Sequence record: DRR723986_4811
Reading direction: 5' to 3' (one strand)
DNA: 64,000 bases
A program made the translations under genes and the position numbers. Under the pieces are notes generated by a model. It did no database searches. It saw nothing but the letters and a program-made list of their open reading frames with translations, and was not told the origin of the DNA. Positions 18,893 through 30,142 of this stretch are shown piece after piece (within the stretch, counting starts at the first letter, position 1; each line of letters opens with the position of its first letter).

Positions 18893-19708
18893 ATGAAAAT
18901 TCACCACCTGAATTGCGGCACCATGTGTCCGGTTTGCAAGCGATTGATCAATGGCAGCGGTGGATTTTTCGAGCGGGCTAAAATGGTGTGTCATTGCCTG
19001 ATGGTTGAAAGCGAAGAAGGCCTGATCCTCGTAGATACTGGTTTGGGTACAGGCGATGTATTGGAGCCCAACAGGCGCTTGGGTGCTGGCTTTGTGGCTA
19101 TGCTGGCTCCTCAGCTGCGCCTTGAAGAAACAGCGATTGAGCAGATCAGGGCTTTGGGTTTGAAGCCCGGCGATGTCAAGCACATCGTGCCTACTCACCT
19201 TGATCTGGATCATGCTGGAGGCTTGAGTGATTTTCCCTACGCGCAAGTGCATGTGTTCGAGCCCGAGCATCGCCACGCTATAAACCCAAGCCTGCGCGAT
19301 TCATTGCGATTCAGAAAAGCGCAGTTTGAACACAAGCCCAAATGGAACATTCACGAGAAACCCAACGAAACCTGGTTTGGCTTTCAGGCCATTCGACCGA
19401 TTGCCGGTGTGGAATTGCTGATGGTGCCGTTGATTGGACACACTCGAGGGCATGTGGGTGTGGCGGTGAAGAACGGCAACAAGTGGCTTTTGCATTGTGG
19501 CGACGCATACTTTCACCGAAGTGAGGTGGCCTTGAAGCACGAGGACCCCATGCCGGCTGGCGTGGCTTTCTTTGAAAAGCTTGTGCAAACACTGCCTGCC
19601 GAACGTGTGGCGACCCAGGCACGTTTGCGTGAGTTGATGAAAAGTAGCGGCGATGAAGTTGAGCTGTTTTGCGCGCACGACCCTGTAGAGTTCGCGCGCT
19701 ACAGTTGA
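18893..19708 (+). CDS. Metallo-beta-lactamase fold hydrolase
   Basis: HHLNCGT, THLDLDHAGG (HxxxDH variant), GHTRGH, GDAY, CAHD. Confidence 0.9.
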   Translation: MKIHHLNCGTMCPVCKRLINGSGGFFERAKMVCHCLMVESEEGLILVDTGLGTGDVLEPNRRLGAGFVAMLAPQLRLEETAIEQIRALGLKPGDVKHIVPTHLDLDHAGGLSDFPYAQVHVFEPEHRHAINPSLRDSLRFRKAQFEHKPKWNIHEKPNETWFGFQAIRPIAGVELLMVPLIGHTRGHVGVAVKNGNKWLLHCGDAYFHRSEVALKHEDPMPAGVAFFEKLVQTLPAERVATQARLRELMKSSGDEVELFCAHDPVEFARYS

Positions 19709-19714
19709 ACGGGT

Positions 19715-20488
19715 TTAACTTTTTGCTTTTCGTGCTGCAGCCAATTGCGCCTGCAGCGCGTCAATGCGTTGGTGATTGTCTTCTGAACCGATGTAACTTC
19801 TGAACAACCATTCCTGCGTGCGCATGGACATGTCCAAATCCTGATTCAGCACTACATTGGAAAGCCGTTTTGTTTCAGCCAGACAGGCGCGGTCGTACTG
19901 CGCCATGTCACGCGCAATTTGCGCAACGGAACTGAGCAATTCGCCTTCTGGAAACACCTTGCTGACATAGCCCATGCGCTCGGCTTCTGCGGCGTCGTAA
20001 ATACGACCTGTTAGTGCCACTTCCTTGGCGCGGCCCATGCCGATGATGCGCCACAGCGGGTCCATGATGGGCGTGAGTGACAGCACAATTTCGCGTTGTC
20101 CAAACTTGGCCCGAGTGGAGGCATACCGAATGTCGCACATCATGGTCAAATCAAAACCGCCCGCAATTGCCGCACCACCCACGGCGCATATTACGGGCTG
20201 CTCACAAAACAGGATGGCGCGGTAGGCGCGATGAAACAAAGCGGTGTAAGCCTCGTTGCTCACCTTCTCCAGCTTGCGAATTTCGTTCAAGTCGAAGCCG
20301 GCTGAAAAATAGCGCTCACCCCCGGTGAACACGATCACATTCACATCCTGGCGCATACCCAGCGCATTGAACATGTGGGTCACTTCCTCCAGTACGTCGG
20401 GGGCCAGTGCATTGCCCTTGTCTGGGCGGTTGATGGTGACGGTGGCCACACGTTCGGCCACCTCCAGATTAAGGTATTGAAAGTTCAT
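19715..20488 (-). CDS. Enoyl-CoA hydratase/isomerase family protein (start uncertain, ORF open to 20518)
   Basis: TINRPDKGNAL, FSAGFDL, AIAGGFDL...CDIR. Confidence 0.9.
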   Translation of the reverse strand: MNFQYLNLEVAERVATVTINRPDKGNALAPDVLEEVTHMFNALGMRQDVNVIVFTGGERYFSAGFDLNEIRKLEKVSNEAYTALFHRAYRAILFCEQPVICAVGGAAIAGGFDLTMMCDIRYASTRAKFGQREIVLSLTPIMDPLWRIIGMGRAKEVALTGRIYDAAEAERMGYVSKVFPEGELLSSVAQIARDMAQYDRACLAETKRLSNVVLNQDLDMSMRTQEWLFRSYIGSEDNHQRIDALQAQLAAARKAKS

Positions 20489-20508
20489 TGGCGCCATTTC
20501 CGTTTGAA

Positions 20509-21978
20509 TTATTTCCATGCGTTGTTAGTTACTTTGACCACATAAAAGCCCTGATAGCCATCGGTGTACCAAATTTCCTTGCGCTCGGGTACAAAAGCCG
20601 GGCTGGACATGGCCCAGTTGCTGGCAGGTGCGGGCAACGTTAACACACGCGGTTTCACTGGCGCATTGAAGTAAGCCACTTCAACAGGGTTGGCTGGGTC
20701 GCGAATATCAAAAATCCGTAAGCCCGACAAAATCATGCTGCACGCCACAATGGTTGGGTTGATTCGCGTAGGAATGTTGCAGTAATGCCCGGCGTACCCG
20801 CCAGTGGGGTTCTGCGCACCGGGGTCACTTGCAATTTCTTCGCGGTTGGCGATGTTGTGCACATCGAGCCGCAAGTTCGAAATCACTTTGGGTTTTGTTT
20901 CATCCGAAATGTCGATAATGCGTGCAGCACCTACATTGGGGCCATGAATGCCGACAGGAATAGGGCCGCCATTGCCGCCTGAATACTCATCCACCTCCAT
21001 CACATATTGCTTGCCGTTCCGAGTAAACGGGATGGCGTTTTGTGGAATGGTTACTGTATCCCAGGTGAGTCGGGAAACCTCACGTACTTGCGGATTGGGT
21101 TTGCGGGCCTGAATTTCTGAAATATCAAGGATCAGCATACCAGCGGGGTCAGCAATACTGGCCACGTAGGCGCGGTTGCCATCAGGGCTGATCGACAGGC
21201 CATGTGATGAATATTGCCCGGCCCACAATGGGCGCGGCAGGCTGGGATTGGAAATGTCGAGCGCCACCAGTGTGGAGGTGGAGGGTGAACCCGAGAAGAA
21301 GGTTTTTCCATCGGGTGAAATGCCGCTTTCATGGCCAAACAAACCCAGAGGTGTGGACGATTTCAACACGGGGTTGCGACAGTCTTCTGACACATCGTAA
21401 ATATCCACAATGCCTGGGCCAAATGCGGGGTTACCCAACACGGCTGCCAACACACCACCTTCCTGGCTGACCACCAGCGATTCATGCGGCGACAGCATGG
21501 CAGGCGTAACAAGGCGGGCAGTACGCACAGGCCTGGTGGGGTCGCTCATGTCGAACACATTCACGCCCAGTTCCATGTCCAGAATATTGGTGGGGAACAG
21601 CAAGGTGCTGTCGGCAAATGCACAGTCGCGGCCTGCTTTGTCACGGTAGCGTTCCACCTTGAAGCCGCCCACAGTACCTATCACTCGTTCGGGCGCGAAC
21701 GAGCCTACCATTTGTGTGTTGCATGAAAAACCGGCAGCAGCCAGACCGGCATCGTGATCAGCTTGTGAAACGCGACCCTGCATGCCTGTTTCAGGCTTTG
21801 CGCCCGGACCACATTGACCTTGAGGGGTGGCAGTTACATTCAAACCATCTACCACTTGGTTTGGGTTTGTTCGCCCGCTGCTTGTTGAACTGCTGCTGTC
21901 TGAACCACCCAGACAACCTGCTACCATTGTAGGTAACAACAAGGCCGCCAGTACCACTTGTGTCGGTTTTTTCAACAT
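20509..21978 (-). CDS. LVIVD-repeat beta-propeller lipoprotein
   Basis: Lipobox VAGC, Ser-rich linker, repeated xxxDxSxPxxP units (VFDMSDP, ALDISNP, IIDISDE, IFDIRDP). Confidence 0.75.
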   Translation of the reverse strand: MLKKPTQVVLAALLLPTMVAGCLGGSDSSSSTSSGRTNPNQVVDGLNVTATPQGQCGPGAKPETGMQGRVSQADHDAGLAAAGFSCNTQMVGSFAPERVIGTVGGFKVERYRDKAGRDCAFADSTLLFPTNILDMELGVNVFDMSDPTRPVRTARLVTPAMLSPHESLVVSQEGGVLAAVLGNPAFGPGIVDIYDVSEDCRNPVLKSSTPLGLFGHESGISPDGKTFFSGSPSTSTLVALDISNPSLPRPLWAGQYSSHGLSISPDGNRAYVASIADPAGMLILDISEIQARKPNPQVREVSRLTWDTVTIPQNAIPFTRNGKQYVMEVDEYSGGNGGPIPVGIHGPNVGAARIIDISDETKPKVISNLRLDVHNIANREEIASDPGAQNPTGGYAGHYCNIPTRINPTIVACSMILSGLRIFDIRDPANPVEVAYFNAPVKPRVLTLPAPASNWAMSSPAFVPERKEIWYTDGYQGFYVVKVTNNAWK

Positions 21979-21997
21979 GATGGGGAATGTCTCCAGT

Positions 21998-22651
21998 TCA
22001 GGATTTTTTGAGTTGTTGTAATTTCAATTGGATCCAGCCAATTTCCATGCCTTGGTCGCGGATCATGGCGCTGGCCAGCGCTTTGACCAGACTTGTTTGA
22101 GCATTTCGGTTTGCAAACCAGGCCATGGGGATCGCGGCGCGGTGGTGGGCCAGCATCAGTTCTAGAAACAGAATCTCTTTTTCAATGCCACTGGCGTTTT
22201 TGAGTTGGTCAAGTTGCTCGGGTGTAGCCACGCCTGCCATGGCACCACCATCGGCCTTGCATTGGGCTTGATAAAGCTGATCGTCCAAGTGACGCACATT
22301 GGTGGCATTTTCAACCCAGGCCATGGGGGGGCCTTCCACCATCAAGGGTTCATTCCACGCGGTCAGCCAACCTTCCATCACACCCATTTCACGGGTTTGT
22401 TTCATGATGATGGATTGCGCCAAAGCCTGAATTTCAGGTGAAGCGGTACCGCGCATCATCATCGACATTTGAATGGCCTGCGCGTGGTGCAGCAGCATGC
22501 TTCTTGCGAATCCCGAGTCGATCGGGTTGACTGTCGTGGCCGATTTTTCCGAGAGTTTGTAAACGTAAAAGCCCAAAGCTGCCAGCACAATTGCAGCGCA
22601 CAATACAATCAGGGCGCGTCTGCGCCTCGGGGCTTGAAATAGGTGGGACAT
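21998..22651 (-). CDS. DUF305 (ferritin-like, CopM-related) protein
   Basis: D.GF...M..HH.QA..M and FL.LM..HH..A..MA repeated helical motifs, N-terminal TM helix. Confidence 0.85.
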   Translation of the reverse strand: MSHLFQAPRRRRALIVLCAAIVLAALGFYVYKLSEKSATTVNPIDSGFARSMLLHHAQAIQMSMMMRGTASPEIQALAQSIIMKQTREMGVMEGWLTAWNEPLMVEGPPMAWVENATNVRHLDDQLYQAQCKADGGAMAGVATPEQLDQLKNASGIEKEILFLELMLAHHRAAIPMAWFANRNAQTSLVKALASAMIRDQGMEIGWIQLKLQQLKKS

Positions 22652-22718
22652 GTCTCGTGGGTTTTTATTGGATGTATATGGCCTTTATACTTCCAAAATA
22701 CCCTTTTGGATGCAGGAC

Positions 22719-23765
22719 TTAGCCTGTGGCACCCAGCCCTAAAAACCCCTGCGCGAGCTCGTGTGTAATTGTCGCAGCGCTCGCGTTCTTGCATGCACTG
22801 GCGTTTTGACCAGCCCACAAAGGCGAAAAATCACCAGACCCCATGCTTTCTGCCTTGGCCCGAAGCGGTGCGATACCAGGTGTGGCCAGTGGGAATTCCG
22901 GTGGAAATTCGGACAGTGCACCCAGTTCACGCATCACCCGGTTCACAATGCCGCGTGCTGGCCTGCCACTGAACAGGTTGGTCAGTGCGGTGTGGCGTGC
23001 AGCCTCACTTTGCAGTGCTTTTCTGTGAATGGCGCTGGTGCTGCATTCCGGTGCCAGCAGGTAAGCAGTACCCACTTGAACAGCACTTGCGCCCAGAGCC
23101 ATGGCTGCGGTTACGCCCTTTGAATCCGCGATTCCTCCAGCCGCTATCACGGGCACATCCACTGATTTGACGATTTGGGGTAGCAAGGCAAAAGTGCCCA
23201 TTTGCAGGTTCAAATCATGGTTCAGAAAGTGCCCGCGGTGTCCGCCAGCCTCCAAACCTTGGGCGATGATGAAGTCGCAACCTCGGGCTTGAAGCCAAAG
23301 TGCCTCGTCCACCGTCGTCGCGGACGAAATAACTTGTGCACCCATGGCCTTCACGCGCTTCAGCAATTCAGGTTTGGGCAAACCAAAATGGAAGCTGACG
23401 TAGGGCGGTTTGAATTCTTCAAGCAATTCCGCAGATTCATCATTGAACGGTGTTCTGCCTTGGCCACTTGGGAATTCGTCGATATTCAAACCCAATTCAC
23501 TGTAATAGGGTGTTAGCGCGTGTTTCCATTTCAAGTTGCGCGCTGCGTCCATTTCCGGTGGCGTGTGGGCAAAAAAATTGACGTTGTAGGGCTTGTGTGT
23601 GCCTTCTCGAATGGCCAGTAATTCGGTCCGAAGTTGGCTGGCAGTGAGCATGGCGCAGGGCAGGGAGCCCAAGCCGCCGGCATTGCTGACCGCAATGCAC
23701 AGCGCACTGGTTTGCACACCCGCCATGGGTGCCTGCACAAGCGGGTATTGCGTGTTGAAAATCAT
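22719..23765 (-). CDS. Nitronate monooxygenase family flavoprotein
   Basis: QAPMAG, AQGLEAGGHRG, IAAGGIAD, FSGRPARG. Confidence 0.92.
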   Translation of the reverse strand: MIFNTQYPLVQAPMAGVQTSALCIAVSNAGGLGSLPCAMLTASQLRTELLAIREGTHKPYNVNFFAHTPPEMDAARNLKWKHALTPYYSELGLNIDEFPSGQGRTPFNDESAELLEEFKPPYVSFHFGLPKPELLKRVKAMGAQVISSATTVDEALWLQARGCDFIIAQGLEAGGHRGHFLNHDLNLQMGTFALLPQIVKSVDVPVIAAGGIADSKGVTAAMALGASAVQVGTAYLLAPECSTSAIHRKALQSEAARHTALTNLFSGRPARGIVNRVMRELGALSEFPPEFPLATPGIAPLRAKAESMGSGDFSPLWAGQNASACKNASAATITHELAQGFLGLGATG

Positions 23766-23777
23766 GGCTGCTTTTGT

Positions 23778-25097
23778 TTAATCCTTCAGTTCGAGCGCTC
23801 GGTTCAAACTGAGCGCTGCCAATGAGCCCACAGCACCGGAGAGCAGGTACAGGCTGACGTATTCCAAACCAAAATGTGCGGCCAGTCCCAAGGCCACCAG
23901 TGGCGCGAAACCTGCGCCCACCAGCCAGGCCAGATCAGAAGTAAGCGCTGCGCCCATATAACGGTACTTGGCTTTGAAGTTTGCTGTTACAGCACCAGCA
24001 GCCTGACCATAAGACAAGCCCAACAAGACAAAACCGATCAAAATGAACGCGGTTTGCCCGTGGTCGCCGCCATCCATCATGTGTGGCACAAAGAAGCTGA
24101 ACAAAGCAATCAAAATGGCCAGGAAGCCCAGAGTGTTTCTGCGGCCCAGTTTGTCGGCGATCACGCCGCTGAGTACCACAGCACCGGCAGCCAACACCGC
24201 GCCTGCAATTTGAATGACCAGGAATTCAGAAATGGAGCGCTCGGAGTGCAGGGCAATCCAGGACAGCGGGAACACGGTAACCACATGGAACAGCGCGTAA
24301 CTGGCCAATGCAGCCAAAGCACCTACCAAAATGTTGTGGCCTTGCGAACCCACAATTTCAGTGACCTTCACGGGTTGTAGTTCGCGCTCTTCGAGCAAGC
24401 GTGCGTACTCACTGGTGGCCACCAAACGCAGGCGTGCAAACAGGGCTACCACGTTGATGGCAAATGCCACGTAGAACGGATAACGCCAGCCCCAGTCCAG
24501 GAAGTCAGCTGTCGATAACGCAAACAATAGATAGGCAAACAAACCAGCCGCGATGATGAAGCCGATGGGGGCTCCCAGTTGGCCCAACATGGCGTACCAG
24601 CCACGCTTGTTTTCAGGGGCGTTCAAGGCCAGAAGCGAAGGCAACCCGTCCCAGGAGCCGCCAAACGCGAGACCTTGACCAATTCGAAGCACGGCCAGCA
24701 GCACAATGGCAGCAGCGCCCAGCGAAGCATAGCTGGGCAAGAAAGCAATACCCGCCGTGGAGATACCCAGCATGAACAGGGCAACGGTCAATTTGGTTTC
24801 CCGGCCGAATTTTTGTTGCACCTTCATCAAAGCCACAGTGCCCAAGGGGCGGGCGATGAAAGCAAATGAAAAAATCAGGAAAGAGTAGAGGGTGCCGGTG
24901 AGCGGATCTTCAAACGGGAAAAACACCGCCGGAAACACCAACACCGAAGCAATTGCGTACACAAAAAAATCAAAATATTCAGAAGCCCGACCGATCACCA
25001 CTCCAATGGCAATTTCTCCAGGCGTAACGTTGCTGTTGCTGCCATGGTGGCCCGGTGTGACGCCCTGTTCTGCGTGAATTGTACTTGTGCCGGACAT
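23778..25097 (-). CDS. MFS transporter (MHS-like), divergent from cyoA
   Basis: EYFDFFVY, ARPLG, WGWRYPF; AGGAG RBS before ATG 25097. Confidence 0.9.
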   Translation of the reverse strand: MSGTSTIHAEQGVTPGHHGSNSNVTPGEIAIGVVIGRASEYFDFFVYAIASVLVFPAVFFPFEDPLTGTLYSFLIFSFAFIARPLGTVALMKVQQKFGRETKLTVALFMLGISTAGIAFLPSYASLGAAAIVLLAVLRIGQGLAFGGSWDGLPSLLALNAPENKRGWYAMLGQLGAPIGFIIAAGLFAYLLFALSTADFLDWGWRYPFYVAFAINVVALFARLRLVATSEYARLLEERELQPVKVTEIVGSQGHNILVGALAALASYALFHVVTVFPLSWIALHSERSISEFLVIQIAGAVLAAGAVVLSGVIADKLGRRNTLGFLAILIALFSFFVPHMMDGGDHGQTAFILIGFVLLGLSYGQAAGAVTANFKAKYRYMGAALTSDLAWLVGAGFAPLVALGLAAHFGLEYVSLYLLSGAVGSLAALSLNRALELKD

Positions 25098-25175
25098 TTG
25101 AAGTTCTCCTCGAATCTTTGCTTGCGACAATATTATTTTTATTTTCAATGGGTTGAAAGTGAAATTTGCCAACTG

Positions 25176-25188
25176 GGACAATATGTCC
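25176..25188. promoter_or_regulatory. Palindrome in the MFS/cyoA intergenic region, possible RegA-type site
   Basis: GGACA-ATA-TGTCC inverted repeat. Confidence 0.3.
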
Positions 25189-25241
25189 AATGCCCAGCGC
25201 CACCCCATGTCAGTAAATTAGCATGAAATCATTTCCTAACT

Positions 25242-26294
25242 GTGCTGGGTATTATGTTCAAGCCACTGAAACGTAGTCTTTTGTTGCTGGTGCCGCTTTT
25301 CCTGCTTGCAGGTTGTAACACCATTGTGATGAATCCCAAGGGAGACATTGCATCGCAACAGGCCGATTTGATCGTACTGTCCACAGTGTTGATGTTGATC
25401 ATCATTGTGCCGGTCATTTTTCTCACCTGTTTTTTTGCCTGGAAGTATCGCAAAGCCAACTCACAAGCCGAGTACGATCCTGAATGGGACCACTCTACCA
25501 AGCTGGAGCTGGTGATTTGGGGCGCGCCCTTGCTGATCATTATCATCCTGGGTTTGGTCACTTGGGTAAGTACCCACAAACTCGACCCCTATCGCCCATT
25601 GGATCGGATTGACGCGAGCACACCGCTGCCAGCCGACCACAAGCCACTGGTTGTGCAGGTTACATCGCTGGACTGGAAGTGGTTGTTCATTTACCCAGAG
25701 CAAGGAATTGCCACCGTGAATGAGCTGGTAACCCCCGTGAATGTGCCCGTGCGCTTCAAGATTACTTCCAGCACCGTCATGAATTCGTTCTACATTCCTG
25801 CGCTGGCCGGTCAAATTTATTCCATGCCCGGCATGGAAACTACGTTGAATGCCGTGATTAACGAGCCGGGCGAGTGGGAAGGTTTCTCGGCCAACTACAG
25901 CGGCGCGGGTTTTTCACACATGCGCTTCAAATATCGCGGTGTCAGTGAGCGTGACTTTGATCAATGGGTCGCTGAGGTCAAGTCTGCTGGCCAAACCTTG
26001 GACCGTGCAGAGTATATCGATCTTGAAAAGCCCACCACCAAGCACCCAGTGGAGTACTTTGGCAACGTGGAGCAAAACCTGTTTCACGCCATTGTGAACC
26101 GTTGCGTAGTCGAAGGCACGGTGTGCATGGATACCCAAATGATGGCGGATGCAATGCGCAATCGCACCAATTTGTCAGCCGACGAACTGGCAATCCTGAT
26201 CAACGAAGCCATGTGCACCATTGCACCCAACGCGGACGCGCTTCCACTCATTACTTCATCCGAGAAGAACGGCTATGACTCAGTATCCAATTGA
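25242..26294 (+). CDS. cyoA: Cytochrome o ubiquinol oxidase subunit II (start may be 25254)
   Basis: Lipobox [40 protein letters not shown]; no CuA ligands. Confidence 0.95.
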   Translation: MLGIMFKPLKRSLLLLVPLFLLAGCNTIVMNPKGDIASQQADLIVLSTVLMLIIIVPVIFLTCFFAWKYRKANSQAEYDPEWDHSTKLELVIWGAPLLIIIILGLVTWVSTHKLDPYRPLDRIDASTPLPADHKPLVVQVTSLDWKWLFIYPEQGIATVNELVTPVNVPVRFKITSSTVMNSFYIPALAGQIYSMPGMETTLNAVINEPGEWEGFSANYSGAGFSHMRFKYRGVSERDFDQWVAEVKSAGQTLDRAEYIDLEKPTTKHPVEYFGNVEQNLFHAIVNRCVVEGTVCMDTQMMADAMRNRTNLSADELAILINEAMCTIAPNADALPLITSSEKNGYDSVSN

Positions 26295-28278
26295 AACAAG
26301 CCCGATATTCGGGCGGCTAACGCTTAACGCGATTCCATATTACGACCCCATCATCATGGGTACGTTGGCTGTGACCATTCTGATCGGTATCAGTCTGGTG
26401 GCCCTGATTCACAAGAATCGTTTGTGGGGTACGCTGTGGAATGACTGGTTCACCAGTATCGACCACAAAAAAATCGGCATCATGTACATGATCCTGGGCT
26501 TGGTGATGATGATGCGTGGCTTTGCAGACGCCATCATGATGCGTGCCCAACAAGCCATTGCGTTTAACGGCAATGAAGGCTTCCTGCCGCCGCATCACTA
26601 CGATCAAATTTTCACGGCCCACGGCGTGATCATGATCTTCTTTGTGGCCATGCCTTTGATCACGGGTCTGATGAACTACCTGATCCCGTTGCAGATTGGT
26701 GCACGCGATGTGGCGTTCCCATTCCTGAACAACTTCAGCTTCTGGATGACCGCCATGGGTGCGGCGCTGATCATGGCATCCCTGTTCGTGGGCGAGTTTG
26801 CCATGACCGGCTGGTTGGCCTACCCACCTTTGTCTGGAATTTTTCAGAGTCCGTATGTGGGGGTCGACTATTACATCTGGGCCTTACAAATCGCGGGGGT
26901 TGGTACCTTGCTGTCGGGTGTTAACCTGATCGTGACCATCGTGAAAATGCGTGCCCCTGGCATGAGCCTGATGAAAATGCCGATTTTCACGTGGACATCG
27001 CTGTGTGCCAACGTGTTGATTGTTGCTGCCTTCCCGGTATTGACTGCTGTATTGGGCATGTTGACCATGGACCGCTATTTGGGTACCAACTTCTTCACGA
27101 ACGATCTGGGTGGCAACTCCATGATGTACGTGAATTTGATCTGGATTTGGGGGCACCCCGAGGTTTACATCCTGATTCTGCCGCTGTTTGGCGTGTTCTC
27201 TGAAGTGGTGTCCACGTTCAGCCGCAAGCGCCTGTTTGGATACAGCTCCATGGTGTACGCCACGGTCGTAATTACCATTCTTTCCTACCTGGTCTGGTTG
27301 CACCACTTCTTTACCATGGGTAGCGGTGCGAGCGTCAATGCATTCTTCGGCATTACCACGATGATTATTTCCATCCCCACGGGTGCGAAAATATTCAACT
27401 GGCTGTTCACCATGTACAAAGGCAAAATCAGTTTCGAGTTGCCGATGATGTGGACCATCGCATTCATGATTACCTTCGTAATCGGTGGCATGACAGGTGT
27501 GTTGCTGGCGGTACCCCCCGCTGATTTTGTGTTGCACAACAGCCTGTTCCTGATCGCTCACTTCCACAACGTGATTATCGGTGGCGTGTTGTTTGGCCTG
27601 TTCGCAGCCATCAACTTCTGGGCACCCAAAGCGCTGGGTGTGAAGCTCAATGAATTTTGGGGCAAGGTGTCTTTCTGGTTCTGGGTGATCGGTTTCTACT
27701 TCGCCTTCATGCCGCTGTACGTGTTGGGCCTCATGGGTGTTACACGTCGCATGAGCCAGTTTGACGATCCATCCCTGCAGATCTGGTTCCAGATTGCAGC
27801 CCTGGGTGCAGCCATGATTGCAGTGGGTATTGCCGCCATGATCATGCAGTTCTATGCCACATACCGTGATCGCGCCAAGTTGCGCGATACCACCGGTGAC
27901 CCCTGGGGTGGTCGTACGCTGGAATGGGCTACCTCAAGCCCACCCGCAGAGTACAACTTTGCATTCACTCCCGTGGTGTACGACACGGACGCGTGGGCTG
28001 ACATGAAGAAAAACGGTTACAAGCGACCAACCAGTGGCTTTGTCGATATTCACATGCCCAAGAACACCGCTGCAGGCTTCATTATTTCGGCAATCAGCGC
28101 TGTGATCGGTTTTGCCTTGGTGTGGCACATTTGGTGGTTGGCTGCAGGTGCTTCAGTGGCCTTGTTGGTGGCCGTGATTGCACACACATTCAATTACAAA
28201 CGCGACTTCTACATCAAGGCCGATGAAGTGGCCCGCACCGAAGACGCGCGTACGAAACTGGAGCAAGCCCATGTCTGA
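26275..28278 (+). CDS. cyoB: Cytochrome o ubiquinol oxidase subunit I
   Basis: DHKKIG, GHPEVY, WLHHF, HFHN heme-copper ligands; RGFAD quinol site. Confidence 0.97.
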   Translation: MTQYPIETSPIFGRLTLNAIPYYDPIIMGTLAVTILIGISLVALIHKNRLWGTLWNDWFTSIDHKKIGIMYMILGLVMMMRGFADAIMMRAQQAIAFNGNEGFLPPHHYDQIFTAHGVIMIFFVAMPLITGLMNYLIPLQIGARDVAFPFLNNFSFWMTAMGAALIMASLFVGEFAMTGWLAYPPLSGIFQSPYVGVDYYIWALQIAGVGTLLSGVNLIVTIVKMRAPGMSLMKMPIFTWTSLCANVLIVAAFPVLTAVLGMLTMDRYLGTNFFTNDLGGNSMMYVNLIWIWGHPEVYILILPLFGVFSEVVSTFSRKRLFGYSSMVYATVVITILSYLVWLHHFFTMGSGASVNAFFGITTMIISIPTGAKIFNWLFTMYKGKISFELPMMWTIAFMITFVIGGMTGVLLAVPPADFVLHNSLFLIAHFHNVIIGGVLFGLFAAINFWAPKALGVKLNEFWGKVSFWFWVIGFYFAFMPLYVLGLMGVTRRMSQFDDPSLQIWFQIAALGAAMIAVGIAAMIMQFYATYRDRAKLRDTTGDPWGGRTLEWATSSPPAEYNFAFTPVVYDTDAWADMKKNGYKRPTSGFVDIHMPKNTAAGFIISAISAVIGFALVWHIWWLAAGASVALLVAVIAHTFNYKRDFYIKADEVARTEDARTKLEQAHV

Positions 28279-28918
28279 TTTAGTGATGAATTCAGCGATG
28301 AATGCAGCCGGGACTGCATCGGCTGATCCAAGTTCACGTTATTACGTGAAAGACCACCATCCGAAAAAAGGTTCCTCGCTGGGTTTCTGGATTTACCTGA
28401 TGAGCGACTGTTTGATCTTCGCCTGCCTGTTTGCGACCTATGCAGTGATTGGTCGCAACTATGCCGGTGGCCCGACGGGCGCGGAAATTTTCGACCTGAA
28501 TCTGGTGGCCCTGAACACAGCATTCCTGTTGCTCAGTTCAATCACCTATGGCGTGGCTATGGTAGGCATGCAAAACCGCAACCTGAAGAAAACCATTCAG
28601 TGGCTTGCCATCACCGGCGTGCTTGGTCTGGCGTTTCTGGCTGTTGAAATCTACGAATTTTGGCATTTCATCAGCATTGGTGCCACACCGCAAACCAGTG
28701 GTTTCCTGACCGCCTTCTTTGCACTGGTGGGTACCCATGGTTTGCACGTGTTCTTCGGCATCATCTGGCTGGTGGTGTTGTTGTTCCAATTGAACAAGCA
28801 CGGTCTTATTGTTGAAAACCGCCGCCGCGTCATGTGCCTTTCCATGTTCTGGCACTTCCTGGACGTGATCTGGATCGGTGTATTTACCTTCGTTTATTTG
28901 ATGGGAGTATTGCCATGA
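28271..28918 (+). CDS. cyoC: Cytochrome o ubiquinol oxidase subunit III
   Basis: [26 protein letters not shown]. Confidence 0.95.
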   Translation: MSDLVMNSAMNAAGTASADPSSRYYVKDHHPKKGSSLGFWIYLMSDCLIFACLFATYAVIGRNYAGGPTGAEIFDLNLVALNTAFLLLSSITYGVAMVGMQNRNLKKTIQWLAITGVLGLAFLAVEIYEFWHFISIGATPQTSGFLTAFFALVGTHGLHVFFGIIWLVVLLFQLNKHGLIVENRRRVMCLSMFWHFLDVIWIGVFTFVYLMGVLP

Positions 28919-29316
28919 GCGCACATCCACACGACGTCAACGACCATCACGATCATCACGATGATGAAGATGAAGTGCATGTCAGCATGCGCGATTACAC
29001 CATCGGCTTCGTGCTTGCTGTCATTTTGACGGTGATTCCGTTCGCCTTGGTGATGGGCGGCGTGTTTGAAAGTTCGACCACCACGGCTTTGGTGATTCTG
29101 GCGCTGGGTGCTGTTCAAATGGTGGTGCACATGGTTTACTTCCTGCACATGAACAGCAAATCCGAAGGTGGCTGGACCATGCTGGCCTTGATGTTCACCC
29201 TGATTATTGTGGTGATCACGCTGGTGGGTTCAATTTGGGTGATGTACCACTTGAACACCAACATGATGCCGGGCATGAATCATGAGGCCATTGAGTCGAT
29301 TCAACAGTTGAAGTGA
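28915..29316 (+). CDS. cyoD: Cytochrome o ubiquinol oxidase subunit IV
   Basis: Y.IGF.LAVILT.IPF, Q..VH..YFLHM, GSIWVM..LN.NM. Confidence 0.95.
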   Translation: MSAHPHDVNDHHDHHDDEDEVHVSMRDYTIGFVLAVILTVIPFALVMGGVFESSTTTALVILALGAVQMVVHMVYFLHMNSKSEGGWTMLALMFTLIIVVITLVGSIWVMYHLNTNMMPGMNHEAIESIQQLK

Positions 29317-29320
29317 AGGA

Positions 29321-30088
29321 GTGTGGTGCAGGATGAATGATGTGTCAAAGCCCCATTCAGTGCATGCATCCAGTTCAATGAAAAGGCTGCTGGGCTTTGC
29401 CCTGGCGGCCTTTTTTTTCACCGTATTCCTTTCGCTCGGTACTTGGCAGGTTTTCAGGCTTGACTACAAGATCGACCTCATTGAGCGGGTTGAAAACCGG
29501 GTGCATGCTCCACCTGTTGATGCACCGATGGCAGCCGAATGGCCAGCTGTCAGTCGTGATACCCATGAATATCTGAACGTGAAACTGCAAGGTGCCTTGC
29601 TGCCTCAGTACACCACGCGTGTGCAAGCCACCACGGTATTGGGGGCCGGGCATTGGTTGCTCACGCCCCTGCGCCAGGCCAACGGCGAGATTGTATGGAT
29701 TAACCGGGGGTACATTCCGGTGAATGAAGCCGACCCGATGACTGTTGAAAACACCGATGGCCAGTTTGAGGTGCGTGGCTTGCTAAGACTCAGCGAAACG
29801 GGTGGCGCATTTTTGCGAGAGAACGACCCGGCGGGCAATCGCTGGTACTCACGTGACATTGAAGCGCTTTCAAAGCATCACAATTTGAAGTCTGTTGCCC
29901 CATACTTTATTGATGCGGGCACGCCACGCAACCTTGGAGAAGAAATTACGGGATTTACCCCCAAAACTTATCCAGTGGATGGATTAACCGTCATCAAGTT
30001 TCACAACAGCCACTTGGTGTACGCGTTCACTTGGTATGCTTTGGCCTTGATGGTGGCGGGTATCACTGTTTGGCTGAATCGCAAATAA
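29321..30088 (+). CDS. SURF1 family protein
   Basis: LGTWQV.RL..K, INRGY, HL.YA.TWY. Confidence 0.92.
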   Translation: MWCRMNDVSKPHSVHASSSMKRLLGFALAAFFFTVFLSLGTWQVFRLDYKIDLIERVENRVHAPPVDAPMAAEWPAVSRDTHEYLNVKLQGALLPQYTTRVQATTVLGAGHWLLTPLRQANGEIVWINRGYIPVNEADPMTVENTDGQFEVRGLLRLSETGGAFLRENDPAGNRWYSRDIEALSKHHNLKSVAPYFIDAGTPRNLGEEITGFTPKTYPVDGLTVIKFHNSHLVYAFTWYALALMVAGITVWLNRK

Positions 30089-30142
30089 ATCGCCAAAGTC
30101 AGTTCCCGCTTTTTCAGGTTTCCCAGCAGGATTCGCATTTCA

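Noticed and set aside
18881-18910. GGAACC...CCAC hrp-box-like sequence near the MBL hydrolase gene
   Set aside because: The spacer is 17 nt and the motif overlaps the start codon, so it cannot be that gene's promoter.
28915-28985. His/Asp-rich N-terminus of CyoD as a novel metal-binding tag
   Set aside because: His-rich N-termini are common in this subunit.
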